A DNA stretch of 64,000 nucleotides from an uncultured delta proteobacterium (GCA_963806225.1 CAWDXG010000004.1:384001-448000); one strand, 5' to 3'; counted from the first letter of the stretch, positions 30,893 to 43,449 are shown. The notes: a model not told the origin generated them from the sequence alone. Numbers and translations are program-made.

Positions 30893-31768
30893 ATGGCCGA
30901 ACAACCCGGGCAGGTGATCGGCGACCGCTATCGCATCCTGGCGCAGGTCGGCAAGGGCGCCCACGGCGTGGTCTATCGAGCGCGGGACCTGGAAACGCGC
31001 GATGTGGTGGCGCTCAAGTTCCTGGGCGACGACAAGAGCCTGGAGCCAGCCCACATCCGGCGCATCGAGCGCGAGGCGCTGAGCATGGCCCGTCTCAGGG
31101 GCACGAGCGCCGTCTACGTCCACGGCCTGGAGCGGACCCGGGACGGCAGGCTCTACATCGTGATGGAGATGCTCTACGGCCAGGACTTCGAGGCGTTTTT
31201 GGCTTCGGCCGAGCGTCTGGGCGGCCGGCTGAAAAGCGCCAAGCTGCTGCAGCTGCTGCGCCCCATCGCCGACACGCTCGAGGCGGCCCACCGGCAGGGC
31301 ATCGTGCATCGCGACCTCAAGCCGAGCAACGTGTTCATCCTGGACGTGGAGCACGGCGGCGGAGTGCGTCTGCTCGATTTCGGCCTGGTCAAGCTCATGG
31401 ACGCCGAGAGCCTGACGAAAAGCGGCACGGTCGCCGGCACCCCGAGCTACATCGCCCCCGAAGCGTGGAGTGGCAACCCGAAGCTCCTCGATCACCGCAT
31501 CGACGTGTACGCGCTCGGCGTGATCGTGTTCCGCGCGCTGTCCGGCCGCCTCCCCCACTCGACGACCAACATGATCGATCTGTACCGCTGGGTGCGACAG
31601 GGCGACCGCCCCGGTCTCCGCGCGCTCCGGCGCAGCCTGCCGCGGGGCATCGACGACTGGGTCCAGCGCGCCCTTGCGGTGGAGCCCGGGGATCGCTTCC
31701 AGGACATCCGCTCCATGTGGAATGCGCTCGAGGGGCTGCTCGCCCCGCGGCGGACGACGCCGTTCTAG
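30893..31768 (+). CDS. Hanks-type Ser/Thr protein kinase (kinase domain only)
   Basis: GKGAHGVVY, VALK, HRDLKPSN, DFG, GTPSYIAPE, DVYALG. Confidence 0.93.
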   Translation: MAEQPGQVIGDRYRILAQVGKGAHGVVYRARDLETRDVVALKFLGDDKSLEPAHIRRIEREALSMARLRGTSAVYVHGLERTRDGRLYIVMEMLYGQDFEAFLASAERLGGRLKSAKLLQLLRPIADTLEAAHRQGIVHRDLKPSNVFILDVEHGGGVRLLDFGLVKLMDAESLTKSGTVAGTPSYIAPEAWSGNPKLLDHRIDVYALGVIVFRALSGRLPHSTTNMIDLYRWVRQGDRPGLRALRRSLPRGIDDWVQRALAVEPGDRFQDIRSMWNALEGLLAPRRTTPF

Positions 31769-34700
31769 GCCATTCCGAGCTTGCGCCGGAGCGTGAAGGC
31801 CGGATCGCTGACCCAGAAGCGGAGCAGATCGCGCACGACCTCCATGCCCTGCGCCAGCGCGGCACCGGACAGCCCCGCCAGGTCCCCCTCCGTGCGGCGC
31901 AAGAGCGTGATGTCGCCCGGCAGGTCGTCCGACAGCATGAGCGCGGCCCGCGACGCGGACAGCCGCACCTTGGCGCACCAGTCTGCGATGTCCTTCACCG
32001 GAGCGGCCGCGTAGACCGCCGCTGCTTCCTCCATGGCCCGGCGGCCGCGGCGCGACATCGCCTTGACCACCCGGCGGGAGTGGGCGTCGAGGAAATCCTC
32101 GTCGGTCAAGCCGGCGCCGAACCCCGGCTGGGCGCTGCGGGCCGCGGCGGTCAGCAGGATTCCAACCGCCTGGGGCGCCAGCTTGTCCACGACGTGAATT
32201 CCCCGCGCCACGTTCGCCAGCGGCCGCGCCAACAGGAACACCTGCTGCGCCTCCGCCAGATTCGTGACGTGGGCGGGAACCAGGATGCCCGGCGGATCGG
32301 TGAACTCCACCTCCAGGCTCCCGGAGTGCGCGCGGTGCAGGTAGAGGTCGTAGTCCGCCACTCCGAAGCACTGCGCGACGCGGTCAGCGAGCATGCGCAG
32401 CGGATGCCCCGAGCGCGAGCTGATCCGGTCGCGTGTCGACAGGCCGTAGCGCTCGAGCTCGGGCGCGTGGATGCGCCCCAGACCTTCGACCAGGGTCTTC
32501 AGGAGCTCGGACGCCGCGTCGGGGAGGCCCGCCGCGTCCACGTGACGGAACGCGACGTCGTCGAACGAGCCCGGCTGCGCGCTGGCCGGCCGCGGCGGAT
32601 GCGAAGCGACGGTGCTCTGCTCCAGATCGTTCGCGACGCCCAGCGCCACCAGCGGCGCCAGGGCCAGCTGGGCTTCGCGTTCACGCTGCATGCCAGAAAG
32701 CGCACCCGAGAGATCGCGCCACGTCTCGACGCGCATCACGTCGACCCCCAGCAGCTTGCGCAGCTCCTGGACAGCCTGCTGCATGTGCCCCGCCGCCTTG
32801 AGGCGCGTGGCGAGCTCCGTGCGCAGCGGCACGTCGTCCGGTGCATCCGCCAGCCCGCGCTGCAGCGTCGCCAGCGACTTGTCGGCCATGCCCATCTCGT
32901 CGCCGAGCACGCGCGCGATCTCGAGGTAGGTCGGCGACTTCTTTTCTCCAGGCAGGCTGGTCTGGTCGAGGAAGCGCGTCAGCGCGGCCACGTAGCGCGG
33001 CCATTCGGGCTGGTCTCCGCGTTGCTTCTGCTCGTCGAGCATCGCCCGGAACTGCAGAGCCACTTCCCCGCCCTGCCCGACCATGGTCACGGCCTGCTCG
33101 TAGGCCTTGGCGGCGGCGCCGTACTGCTTCCGCTCACGCTCCAGACTCGCCAGGTGCGACAGGGCATCGGCTCGCTCGTTGATGTCCGCCGACACGCCAA
33201 CCAGCTTCGCGGCCGTGCCCGCCGCGGCTTCGGTCTGCCCGCGCCGCATCTGGATGTCGAGCAACTGCTTGAGCGAGGCCCGGTTGCCATCGTCGATGGA
33301 CAGTACAGCGTTGAGGCTCGCAACCGCGCGCGCTGGATCGCCCAGGTGTTCGTCGAGGATGGAGGCCAGCCTGAGCTGCGCCTCGATCACCACCTCTCGA
33401 GGCGGCGACTGCGCGAGCACCTGCCGCAGCCGGTCGACTGCTTCCGCCCATTGCGAGTCGCGGGCGTACAGCTCCGCGAGCTTGAGCAGCGTCGCCAGAT
33501 GACCCGGCGCATGTTCGATCACGCGGTGCAGCGCAGCGAGCGCCGCGGGCACGTCGTCCTTCCTGTCGGCAAGCAGAGTCGCCACCGAGCCCCACAGCGC
33601 CGGCATGCGGTCGCCCGTTGCCGACTGGGCCGCCATCATCAGCGTGTCGAGCAGTCGATCCACCTGACCTGCCCCGAGCAGCATCTGTTCAAGCTGCTGG
33701 GCCGCCGGCTCGTGCTCGGGATTGAGCTCGAGCGCCCGCTCCAGCGCCCGCGCCGCGCCGTCGCTATCGCCCTGGCCGGCGCGCAGCCCCGCCCCGCGCA
33801 CCAACAGACGCGCCGCCGCATCCGTATCGCGGCTCACCCGCGCTTCGCGCTCGGCGGCCTCTTCAAGCAGAGCTGCGTCGCGCGAACGCATCGCGATACG
33901 CGACAAGCCGCGCGTCGCGGCGAGGTTCTCGGCGTCGCGCGCCAGCGCAGCGCGGTACACGTCCAGCGCCGACGCATCACCCGCGGCCTCCAGGCTCTCG
34001 GCGAGGCGCGTGTGGTGCGCGGACACCAGTCCCGCATCCTCGACGGCCGCGCCGAGCTTGGCGTCGACATGCGAGAGCAGCTGGGTATCGCGTGAAGCCA
34101 GGGCCACCCGTTCCAGGGCGATCAACGCGCCCAGGTCCACCGGGTCCAGCTGGAGGATCGCGAAGTAGGTCTGCCGGAGCTGCTCGGACGTGACCAGCTC
34201 CTTTGTCTCCTGTAGACGAGCCAGCTCGCGCAGGGCCGCGATGCGAGCGCCGGGGTCCGCCAGCACGCGCGATTCGGTCGTATAGACGCCGGCGAGCTTC
34301 TCCCACGCGCCGAGCTCCGAATACAGCGACTCGAGCTCGAGCAGTGCCCCGAGGTGCGCCGGATCGCGCTCCAGGACCGCCTCGAAGCACTGCATCGCGC
34401 GGCGGCGGTCTTCCAGCTCGAAGCGCCACAGCTCGCCCTGGCGCAAGAGCGCGGCGATCGCCATCGAGGGATCGCGTGCCGAGTTCGCTTCGCGTTCCAG
34501 CTCCTCGACCATGCGCTTGTAGTCGCGGGCCTGCGAGAGCAGCCGCGCCCGACCGTCTAGCGCCGGCCTGAAGTCCTCCGCGGCGGCCAGCGTCTGCTCG
34601 TACGCCGCCAGCGCCTTGTCCGGCTGGAGCAGGCGATTTTCGTAGACCTCGCCCATGCGGAAAGCTGTGCGCGCGCGCAGGTCGGAATCCTTCAGCCCGC

Positions 34701-37196
34701 TCAGCTCCAGCTCCAGGAGCTTGACCAGCTCGCCCCACTGCCCCCGCTCGGCCAGCTTGCGCCCGAGCGCGTGCAGCGCCGGCGTGTGGAATGGGTCGAG
34801 CTCGATGGCCTCGCGGTAGAACTTGACGGCCTGGTCATCGTTGCCGATCCGCTCCTCGCTGAGCTCGCCCATCTTGTACAGGAGTGCGGCGGCTTCCGGC
34901 CCACGCGGTGCGGCGTCCAGCTCGCGCCGGTACACGTCGAGGAGCTCGTCCCAGCGCCCCGCCTTGAAGTACAGGCGCCCGAGGCTCGCGAGTGCGGGAA
35001 CGTACTTCGGCGTGCGCTCGATGACCTTGCGGTAGCGGACCAGAGCCGCGTCGCGATCCTCGAGGTGTTCCTCGTACACCTCGCCTGCGCGGTGCAGAAG
35101 TGCCGCGACCGCCTGCGGATCCTTCACAAGCTCCGTCTCGAGCTCGAGGGCCGTGACCAGCTCCTTCCAGCGACCGCCGCGTTCGGCGGCGCGCTGCATG
35201 GCGTGGACGGCTCCAAGATGAGCGTGATCGATGTCGAGAATGCGGCGGTAGGCCGCCACCGCTTGACCGGGCGCGTCCAGCGCGTCCTCCTTGATGCGAC
35301 CGATCTTGAACAGGTAGGTGATCTTCGTCTCGGCGTCCGGAGCGCCATCCACGGCCCGCTCGTAGAGCTCGCCGAGCTCACGGAACCTGCCAGCTGCGGA
35401 GTACAGCCGCGACAGCGCCTTGAACGACGGCGGATACAGCGGCACGAGACCGAGAGCCCGCGCGTGGTGCTGCACCGCCTCGTCGACGTTGCCGAGCTGC
35501 AGTTCCTGGATCCCGGCCACGCGGGCGTGCGCGGCGGCCCGCCGCTCTGCGTCCTGCGTGTGCTCGGCTTCAGCGAGGTGCATGCCCACCAGCGGCAGCC
35601 ACTGCTGCTGCCGGGTGTACAGGCTGCCGAGCGCCTGCAGCGCCGGCAGAAATCCCGGATCCTGCTCGAGCGCCCGGGAATACCAGGTGATCGCCTGGGC
35701 TTCGTCTTCCAGCCGTTCCTCGAACAGCTGCCCGATACGGTGCATCAACCCGACGCGCGCGCCGGCGGACTGCACCCGCCCGACGAGCCGCTCCAGTGCT
35801 CCCACCAGCGGCTGCCAGCGCTTGCCGAGCTCGTACAGGCGCGCCAGCTCCTCCAGCACCATCGGGTCTTCGGGGGCTTCCCTGGACGCCCGCTCCATCG
35901 CGTCCACGCCACCCTCGAGGTTGCCGAGTCGATCGGCCTGGACGCGGCCGATCCGGTACAGCGCCATGGCGCGCACGGTCGGGTCGCTGGCCTGCTCTGC
36001 CTCGCGCTGCAGCACCTGCGCAAGATCGCGCCAGCGCTGCTGACCGTAGTGCAGCCGCTTGAGCGCGTTCAGCGCGCCGGGCGCCTGCGGATCGAGATCC
36101 AGCGCGGCCTGGTACAGCTCGGCGGCGCTTCGCGGATCGCCCCGGTGCAGCTCCAGCAGTCGCGCGCGCTCGACGATCACGGCGGCGCGATGACGCACGT
36201 CGCGGGTAACGGCAGTCGGCTTCGCGCTCGTAGGTGCGGTCGAGCGCGTCCCAAGCGCCTCGGCCGCCAGCTCCGCGCGCTCGACGGACTTGATCAGCGT
36301 CGGGTTGCTCTTGTCCAGCTCCAGCGCCGCGGCGAACGCCTCGCCCGCCTCGCGCTTCTGCGCCATCTGGTCTTCGAGCAGCCGGCCCTTCTGGTAGAGG
36401 AGCAGCGCCTTGTGCTTCGGGTCGGCGGTGAGCGCGGACTTCGGCGGCGAACAGCGGCAGCGCGGCCTGGTAGCTCTTCTTCGCGACCAGCGCGCGGCGC
36501 GCGCCCTGCATCGTCGGCACGTGGTCGGGCAGGAGCGCGTGGGCGCGCTGGAGCTGCTCGGCGGCGCCGGTCAGGTCGCCGATCGGGATTCTCCAGCAGC
36601 CTGCGCGATCTCGTACGTGCAGCCGCCCCTGACGGAGCTTGTCGCGCTCCTTCGCGAGCTCGGACCGGCACGCCTCGACGAACGCGCGCGCTTCTTCCAC
36701 GCGCGGGTCGACCACCACCGCCGGCGGCGCAGGGCTCGGCTGAACCGCGGGCGAAGCAGCCGCCTCCTGCCCCATACCCACCCGCGTCTTCAGCCGCGGC
36801 GCACCCGCAGCGCGGAGCGCGATCGCTGGAGCGCCGCATGGTCGTCGCAGTATCGCTCGGCTCCGGCTTGTGCAGGGTCGTGGCAGCGTCGTCGCGACCT
36901 GCATCCACCCGGGCGCGGCGTTGGACGGATCACTGGTCGGGCCGCGGCGCGGCGGAGGGGGCGGCGGCGGCGAGTTGGCCGGATCGCTGCGCGTCGGAGG
37001 GGGCGGCGGTTTGACGCTGCGCCCGCTCCGTTTGGGGGGCGGCGGAACCGGTGCGCGCTCGCGGCGCCCTTGGGAGGGGGCGGTGGCGAGGCGGCATTCG
37101 CTGCCCCGACCGCGGCGCGGGGGCGGCGGAACCGAACGGCCTTTCGGCGGCCTCGGCGGCTTCGGAGCGTTTCTTCGACTTGTCGTCGTCCGTCAT
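31765..37196 (-). CDS. Giant TPR-repeat protein with Pro-rich N-terminus; several frameshifts between about 36200 and 37100
   Basis: 1533-aa ORF of TPR-like repeats (A...Y..AL..DP...AL..L..LY). Upstream frames continue the TPR/Pro-rich sequence to an ATG at 37196. Confidence 0.75.
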
Positions 37197-37354
37197 GACG
37201 CGAGGCAGAGGGACGTTAGCACGCCCGGTTCCACGGCGGGACCTGGTATCGTCGCAACACCCCCCGGCCGGGATTCTGCCATGGCCCACCGCGCTCCGCA
37301 TACAGTCGAATCCCGGAGACTGTTTTCCCTGTAGCTCCCGGCGATAGTCCCGCC

Positions 37355-38255
37355 TTGCGGCATCGAATCCAGCCGTGGAGGGGACAGCCCGCCCACGCCG
37401 TACTGCTCGGCGCACCTTTCGACGAGGGGGTGCGCCAGGCCGGCGGGCGCGCCGGAACGGCCGGAGGGCCGGCGGCAATCCGGCGAGCGCTCGAGCACTT
37501 CGGCAGCACCTTCGACGTGGAATCGGGCATCGACTTCCACGAGCTCCTGGTTGCGGATGCCGGGGACCTGGAAGTCCTGGAGGAGGACCCCGCCGCCACC
37601 CACGAACGGCTGGCCGAGGCGGTCGCTGCCCTGCTCGACGCCGGCGCTGTGCCAATCGTGATCGGCGGCGGCAACGATCTCTGCGTTCGGGTCGATCCAG
37701 GCGCTGGTCGGACGCGCGCGTGACGTCGGCGGCATCAACGTCAGCGCGCACCTGGACGCGCGCCCGGTCGAACGGGGACACGTCTCGAGCGGTACGCCCT
37801 TCCGCCGCATGCTCTCGGAGCTCGAGATCGTGGGCAGCCACTTCGTCGAATTCGCCGCCCACGGCAGCGTCAACGAAAAGGCCCACTACGACTGGCTCAT
37901 GGACAGGAACGTGCGCATCCGTCCGCTCGGCATGGTGCGCAAGGAAGGCGCCGCGCTCGCGCTCCGCCACGAGATCGAGCGCCTCGCCGAGAAGACCACC
38001 GACCAGTTCGTCTCGCTGTCACTCGACGTGTTCGCAGCGGCGTACGCGCCCGGCGTCTCTGACCCCGGCACGGAGGGGCTGACCCCGGAGGAAGGACGTG
38101 GCATGGCCTTCGAAGCCGGGCACGCTCCGGGCGTCGGGCTGTTCGAGCTGATGGAGCTCAATCCGCGTTTCGACTCCGATGGTCGGACCGCACGGCTGGC
38201 TGCGATGCTGCTCTGCGCGTTTCTCGCAGGGCTCACGGAACGGAACATGACATGA
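37355..38255 (+). CDS. hutG: Formimidoylglutamase-like ureohydrolase (arginase family); frameshift near 37682; start uncertain
   Basis: GAPFDEGV...GRAG...[60 protein letters not shown] coupled to hutU. Confidence 0.75.
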
Positions 38256-40012
38256 AGGATCCGGACATCGTCGAACGCGAACACCAGAAGTACGGCTGCA
38301 GCTGCGACGTCGCCAGCGAGCTGTCCCACTACGGCCGCCCCATGCACATGGCGGCGAAGCCCGCCGAGCCCGTGCACGCGCCGCGCGGCACGAAGCCGAC
38401 GGCGAAGAGCTGGGACGCCGAGGCCGCCAAGCGCATGCTGATGAACAACGTCGACCCCGCGAACGCGATCGACTGGGAAAAGCTCATCGTCTACGGCGGC
38501 AGCGGGCGCGCCGCGCGCAACTGGCACGAGTTCCACAAGATCGTCGCGACGCTGGACTCGCTCGCCCCGGACGAGACGCTCTGCGTGCAATCCGGCCGCG
38601 CCGTCTACGTCGCCAAGACGCATGAGCACGCCCCGCGCGTGCTTATCGCCAACTCGAATCTCGTGCCGCGCTGGGCCACGCAAACGGAGTTCGATCGGCT
38701 CGACCGCATGGGCCTCACCATGTTCGGGCAGATGACGGCCGGCTCGTGGATCTACATCGGCACGCAGGGCATTCTGCAGGGCACCTACCAGACCTGCCTG
38801 GCCGCGGCGGAGCAGCACTTCGGCGTGCCGACGCTCAAGGGCAAGCTGCTGCTGACCGCAGGGCTCGGCGGCATGAGCGGCGCGCAGCCGATGGCCGTGA
38901 CCATGAACGAGGGCGTCGTCATCGACGTGGAGGTCCGGCCGGAGCGCGTGAAGCGCAAAGTCGACGAGGGCTACTGCGACCGCATGACCACCTCGCTGGA
39001 CGAAGCCCTGTCGTGGGCGGACGAGGCGAAGAAGAAGGGCGAGGCGCTCAGCATCGGTCTGGTCGGCAATGCCGCGGAGGTGTTCCCCGCCATGGTCGCG
39101 CGCGGCGCCATCCCGGATCTGGTGACCGACCAGACCTCCGCGCACGATCTCGGCGCCTACGTGCCCGAAGGCGATCTCGCCGAGCTCGACGAGCTGCGCG
39201 GGCGCGACCTCGCCGAGTACCACCGCCGCTCGCTCGCCTCGATCGCGAAGCACACCGAGGCCATCCTCGCGATGCAGAAGCAGGGCGCTATCGCCTTCGA
39301 CTACGGCAACAACCTGCGCGCGCAGGCGGAAGTCGCCGGCGTGAAGGTGCGCGACGAGTCGGGTGTCTACAAGTACCCGGGCTTCGTACCCGCCTACATC
39401 CGGCCGCTCTTCAGCCAGGGCATGGGGCCGTTCCGCTGGGCCGCCCTCAGCGGCGATCCGAAGGACATCCACGCACTCGACGACGAGCTGCTCCGCCTGT
39501 TCCCGGACAACGAGGGGCTGGACCGCTGGGTCAAGCTGGCGCGCGAGCGCATTCCGTTCCTCGCGCTGCCTACACGTATCTGCTGGCTCGGCTACGGCGA
39601 CCGCGCGAAGTTCGGCCTGGCGATGAACCGGCTGATCCACGAAAAGAAGGTCAGCGCGCCCATCGTGATCGGCCGCGATCACCTCGACTGCGGCTCGGTC
39701 GCCTCCCCCGACCGCGAGACCGAGGCGATGCGCGACGGCTCCGACGCCATCGCCGACTGGCCACTCCTGAACTTCGCGCTCAACACCTGCGCCGGCGCGT
39801 CGTGGGTCAGCTTCCACCACGGCGGCGGAGTCGGCATCGGCAACGCCCTTCACGCCGGCATGGTCATCGTCGCGGACGGCACCGAGGCCCGCGCCGAGCG
39901 CCTCCAGCGCGTGCTCACCGTCGATCCCGGCATCGGCGTCGCGCGCCACGCCCTGGCCGGCTATCCCGAGGCGCTCGCGACGGCGCGCGACAAGGGCGTG
40001 ACGCTGCCCTGA
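38252..40012 (+). CDS. hutU: Urocanate hydratase
   Basis: [72 protein letters not shown]. Confidence 0.97.
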   Translation: MKDPDIVEREHQKYGCSCDVASELSHYGRPMHMAAKPAEPVHAPRGTKPTAKSWDAEAAKRMLMNNVDPANAIDWEKLIVYGGSGRAARNWHEFHKIVATLDSLAPDETLCVQSGRAVYVAKTHEHAPRVLIANSNLVPRWATQTEFDRLDRMGLTMFGQMTAGSWIYIGTQGILQGTYQTCLAAAEQHFGVPTLKGKLLLTAGLGGMSGAQPMAVTMNEGVVIDVEVRPERVKRKVDEGYCDRMTTSLDEALSWADEAKKKGEALSIGLVGNAAEVFPAMVARGAIPDLVTDQTSAHDLGAYVPEGDLAELDELRGRDLAEYHRRSLASIAKHTEAILAMQKQGAIAFDYGNNLRAQAEVAGVKVRDESGVYKYPGFVPAYIRPLFSQGMGPFRWAALSGDPKDIHALDDELLRLFPDNEGLDRWVKLARERIPFLALPTRICWLGYGDRAKFGLAMNRLIHEKKVSAPIVIGRDHLDCGSVASPDRETEAMRDGSDAIADWPLLNFALNTCAGASWVSFHHGGGVGIGNALHAGMVIVADGTEARAERLQRVLTVDPGIGVARHALAGYPEALATARDKGVTLP

Positions 40013-40107
40013 CGCCCGGCGCAGAGTGCTCCGCGCCGGCTGCCCCTCGCAGCACCGGACACGTGCGCCTTGACCGGGTGGTCGCCGGCGACCGACCCTG
40101 TTGGACA

Positions 40108-41298
40108 GTGGAAACCACGAGGGTTCGACGCGCGGCACGCCTGCTCGCGGCGGCTCTGGCCTGCGCGCCGGCAGCCTGCGGCGGCGCGGTGACCTCGTCG
40201 CCCAGGGGGACCGGTGGAACCGACGCGGGTCGAGGCGGGATGGGCGGCATCCCGGGATCGGCGGGCACCGCCGGCGTCGACGCCGCGCCCGAGGCGATGT
40301 CCTGCCCGGACGGCCAGACCTGGTGCGACGGCACCTGCGTCTCGACGGACGGCGACAAGGACAACTGTGGCTCGTGCGGGACGGCCTGCGCGGGAACGTG
40401 CACCGGCGGTCGTTGCCTGGTGACGCTCGCTTCCGGCAGGAAGTGGCCCAACAGCCTGGCCATCGACGCCACACACGTCTACTGGACGGATTGGGGCGAC
40501 GCGACGACCACCAACGGAACCGTCACCAAGGTCCCTCTCGACGGCGGCACCCCCACGCCCTTGGCCGTGCTGCTCGACAGCCCCGCAGGCATCGGCGTCG
40601 ATGCCACGCATGTCTACTGGGTCGACGGTCCCTATGGCAACGTCCGGCGCTGCTCGCTCCAGGGCGGAGCGCTCGATATCGTCGCCTCGTTCCAGCCCGG
40701 CCCCGCGGTGGTCCGCGTGGACGCCGCACGCGTCTACTGGACAAACTACGCAGGCAACGAGGTCATGTCCTTGCCGCTTGCGGGCGGAAAACCAAACCTG
40801 CTCGCCTCGGGTCAAGCCCGACCGCTGGACATCGCGCTGGACTCGACGAGCATCTACTGGACGAACTTCGGCGGCGCAGGTGCCGCTCCATCCGGCAGCA
40901 TCATGAAAGCGCCCCTCGACGGCGGCGCCCCCGTGACGCTCGCCTCGGCACAGGATCGCCCGCCGTACCTGGCCGTGGGTGTGGACAGTGTCTACTGGAC
41001 GAACGAAGGCGACGGCTCCGTGGGGCACGGCACCGTGATGAAAGTACCCGTCGCCGGCGGAGCGCCGGTGACGCTCGCCTCGGCACAGGATGACCCCGAC
41101 GGCATCCAGGTCGACGCGACGAACGTCTACTGGGCCAACCGGGCCAGCGGGGAAATCGCCAGGGTCGCGCGCGACGGCGGGCCGGTCACGACCCTCGTCA
41201 CTGGCCAGGTCCACCCCACGCAGATCGCGCTGGATGCCACCAGCGTCTATTGGATCGACCCGGACGCGGGCACGGTGATGAAGTTGACGCCGAAGTGA
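40108..41298 (+). CDS. Lipoprotein with Gly linker, Cys-rich module and beta-propeller of (I/V)A(V/L)D-x2-xVYW repeats
   Basis: PAACGG lipobox; CPDGQTWCDGTCV...NCGSCG; about seven AIDATHVYW-type repeats. Confidence 0.82.
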   Translation: METTRVRRAARLLAAALACAPAACGGAVTSSPRGTGGTDAGRGGMGGIPGSAGTAGVDAAPEAMSCPDGQTWCDGTCVSTDGDKDNCGSCGTACAGTCTGGRCLVTLASGRKWPNSLAIDATHVYWTDWGDATTTNGTVTKVPLDGGTPTPLAVLLDSPAGIGVDATHVYWVDGPYGNVRRCSLQGGALDIVASFQPGPAVVRVDAARVYWTNYAGNEVMSLPLAGGKPNLLASGQARPLDIALDSTSIYWTNFGGAGAAPSGSIMKAPLDGGAPVTLASAQDRPPYLAVGVDSVYWTNEGDGSVGHGTVMKVPVAGGAPVTLASAQDDPDGIQVDATNVYWANRASGEIARVARDGGPVTTLVTGQVHPTQIALDATSVYWIDPDAGTVMKLTPK

Positions 41299-41358
41299 CG
41301 CCTCAGTTGTGATCGCAGCGTAGCGCGGGTCGACTGCTGGAGCCGGTCGCACCGCTGC

Positions 41359-42144
41359 TCAGTTCGAGTAGTCGCAGCGCAGCCCGGACCCGCTGCTGGA
41401 GCAGGTCACGCCGCTGCCGACGCAGACGGCGGGCGCCATGCAGGCGCAGTTGCGCTGTCCCTGGCACGCCGGCGGTACGTCGACGCAGTGGCGCCGCGCG
41501 AGCGTGCCGTTGTCGTAGTACTCGACGCACACCTGCTCGGACTTGCACAGGTCGCAGTCCGAAACCGTCCAGCAATCCGATGGATCCAGGCACGGTCCCC
41601 AGCAATTCGTCGAATCGACGGAGTTGATGAGCCCGTTGTGGCAGGACGGCTTGGGGATCCCGCAAGTGGCGCCGCTAGCCTGGCTCGTGTTGCAGACCAG
41701 GTCGGTCGTGCACTGACCCATCGAGCACTTCGCCTGGGAGAGTGCCGGGCACTGCTCGAGAGCGCACGTCGCGCCACAGGTCGGATACGACTCGCCCGCC
41801 GGGCCCGCGGCGCAGATGCAGCAGTCCGAGTGGAGCTGGCAGTCCGCGGGCGACACGCACTCGGGCGCCACCGTCGGCGCGCCCCCCATGCCACCGGTCG
41901 CGGCCACTCCGCCCATGCCGCCCGTCGCGGCCACTCCCCCCATGCCGCCGCTGCCGGCCGTCGCTCCGTTGCCACCCGTCGCTCCGTTGCCACCCGTCGC
42001 TCCGTTGCCGCCCGTCGCGCCGCTGCCGCCCGAGCCCCCGCCCGCGTCGGTGCCTCCGGAACCGCTGCTACTGAAGGTGGAGCCGCTGCAACCCAGCAGA
42101 GCGACGCACAAATACACCACGCCCAAGCGAGCCTTCCCAAGCAT
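41359..42144 (-). CDS. Cys-rich lipoprotein with Gly-rich linker
   Basis: LLGC lipobox; GGNGAT and GGMGGVAAT repeats; Cys-rich C-terminal region. Confidence 0.78.
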   Translation of the reverse strand: MLGKARLGVVYLCVALLGCSGSTFSSSGSGGTDAGGGSGGSGATGGNGATGGNGATGGNGATAGSGGMGGVAATGGMGGVAATGGMGGAPTVAPECVSPADCQLHSDCCICAAGPAGESYPTCGATCALEQCPALSQAKCSMGQCTTDLVCNTSQASGATCGIPKPSCHNGLINSVDSTNCWGPCLDPSDCWTVSDCDLCKSEQVCVEYYDNGTLARRHCVDVPPACQGQRNCACMAPAVCVGSGVTCSSSGSGLRCDYSN

Positions 42145-42189
42145 GCCCCTACTATAGCCCAGCCAGACCCTGCTACCACCAAGAGAGCC

Positions 42190-43449
42190 ATGTCCAACAC
42201 CGCCGACCTGCTCGTGATCAATGCCGCCGAGCTTCTGACCTGCGCGGGCTTTTCAGACGCGCCTGCGCGCGGGCCCGAACAGTCCCACATAGGCGTCGTT
42301 CGCGACGCCGCGATAGCGGTCCAGGACGGCCGCGTCCTCGAGGTGGGCGCCAGCGAGCGGATCAAGAAGAGCTACGACGCCGCTCACATCGTCGACGCCG
42401 CGGGCGGCATCGTGTTGCCCGGCTTCGTCGATCCGCACACGCACCTGGTGTTCGGCGGAGACCGCGCCGCGGAGTGGGAAGAGCGCCTGCGCGGCACGCC
42501 CTATCTGGAAATCCTGCGCCATGGCGGCGGAATCCTCAGCACCGTGCGCGCGACGCGCGCCGCGTCGTTCGACGCCCTGCTCGCCGGCGCGCGCCGCTGG
42601 GCGGGCCGCGCCATGGAACACGGCACCACCACGCTCGAGGTGAAGAGCGGCTACTGCCTCGACCGCGAAGGCGAGCTGAAGTTGCTGGAAGTCGCGAACA
42701 AGCTCGCCGAGGAGCTGCCCATCGAGATCGTTCCGACATTCCTGGGCGCCCACGTGATCCCGCCCGAGCTGAAGACGGATCGCGCGCGCTATCTGAACCT
42801 GCTCGAAGGCCTCTCAGCCGTCATCGCCGAACGCAAGCTGGCCCGCTTCGTCAACGTCTTCTGCGAGGACGAAGCTTTCACGCTCGAGGAGAGCGAGCGG
42901 CTGCTGTCGCACGCCGCGAGGCTCGGGCTGGGGCTGAAGCTGCACGCCGAGCAGTTCACGGCGTCCGGCGCCGCAGCGCTCGGCCTGCGCCTCGGGGCCG
43001 TCTCCGTCGATCACCTCGAACACCTGTCCGATGCCGACCTGGAGCTGTTCGCTTCGAGCCCGCGCCCGCCCATCGGCGTGCTGCTCCCCGGCGTGCCCTT
43101 CCACCTGGGCATGTCCGTCTACGCTCCGGCGCGCCGGCTTGTCGACGCGCGCGTGCCGATCGCGCTCGCCACCGATTTCAACCCCGGCTCGTCGTTCACG
43201 CCCTCGCAACCGATGATCATCGCGCTGGCGTGCCGGACACTCGGCCTGTCCGCCGCCGAGTCGATTGTCGCCTGCACCATCAACGCCGCCCACGCTCTCG
43301 GGCTCGGCGGCGAAACGGGCAGCCTCGAGGCCGGCAAACGCGCCGATCTGATCGTCTGCGAGGTCCCCGACCACCGCTGGCTCGGCTACAGCTTCGGCTG
43401 GAATCCCGTCCGCACCGTGATCGCGAACGGGAAACGCATTATCGGCTGA
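42190..43449 (+). CDS. hutI: Imidazolonepropionase
   Basis: PGFVDPHTHL, GGGILSTV, GTTTLEVKSGY, TFLGAH, KLHAEQ, SVDHLE, ATDFNPGSS. Confidence 0.95.
   Translation: MSNTADLLVINAAELLTCAGFSDAPARGPEQSHIGVVRDAAIAVQDGRVLEVGASERIKKSYDAAHIVDAAGGIVLPGFVDPHTHLVFGGDRAAEWEERLRGTPYLEILRHGGGILSTVRATRAASFDALLAGARRWAGRAMEHGTTTLEVKSGYCLDREGELKLLEVANKLAEELPIEIVPTFLGAHVIPPELKTDRARYLNLLEGLSAVIAERKLARFVNVFCEDEAFTLEESERLLSHAARLGLGLKLHAEQFTASGAAALGLRLGAVSVDHLEHLSDADLELFASSPRPPIGVLLPGVPFHLGMSVYAPARRLVDARVPIALATDFNPGSSFTPSQPMIIALACRTLGLSAAESIVACTINAAHALGLGGETGSLEAGKRADLIVCEVPDHRWLGYSFGWNPVRTVIANGKRIIG

Noticed and set aside
30883..34095. Very long alternative-frame or antisense ORFs (e.g. 30883-34095, 6506-8875, 37886-40474, 56580-58934)
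   Set aside because: Shadow ORFs typical of high-GC DNA; they overlap well-supported genes and have no recognisable motifs.
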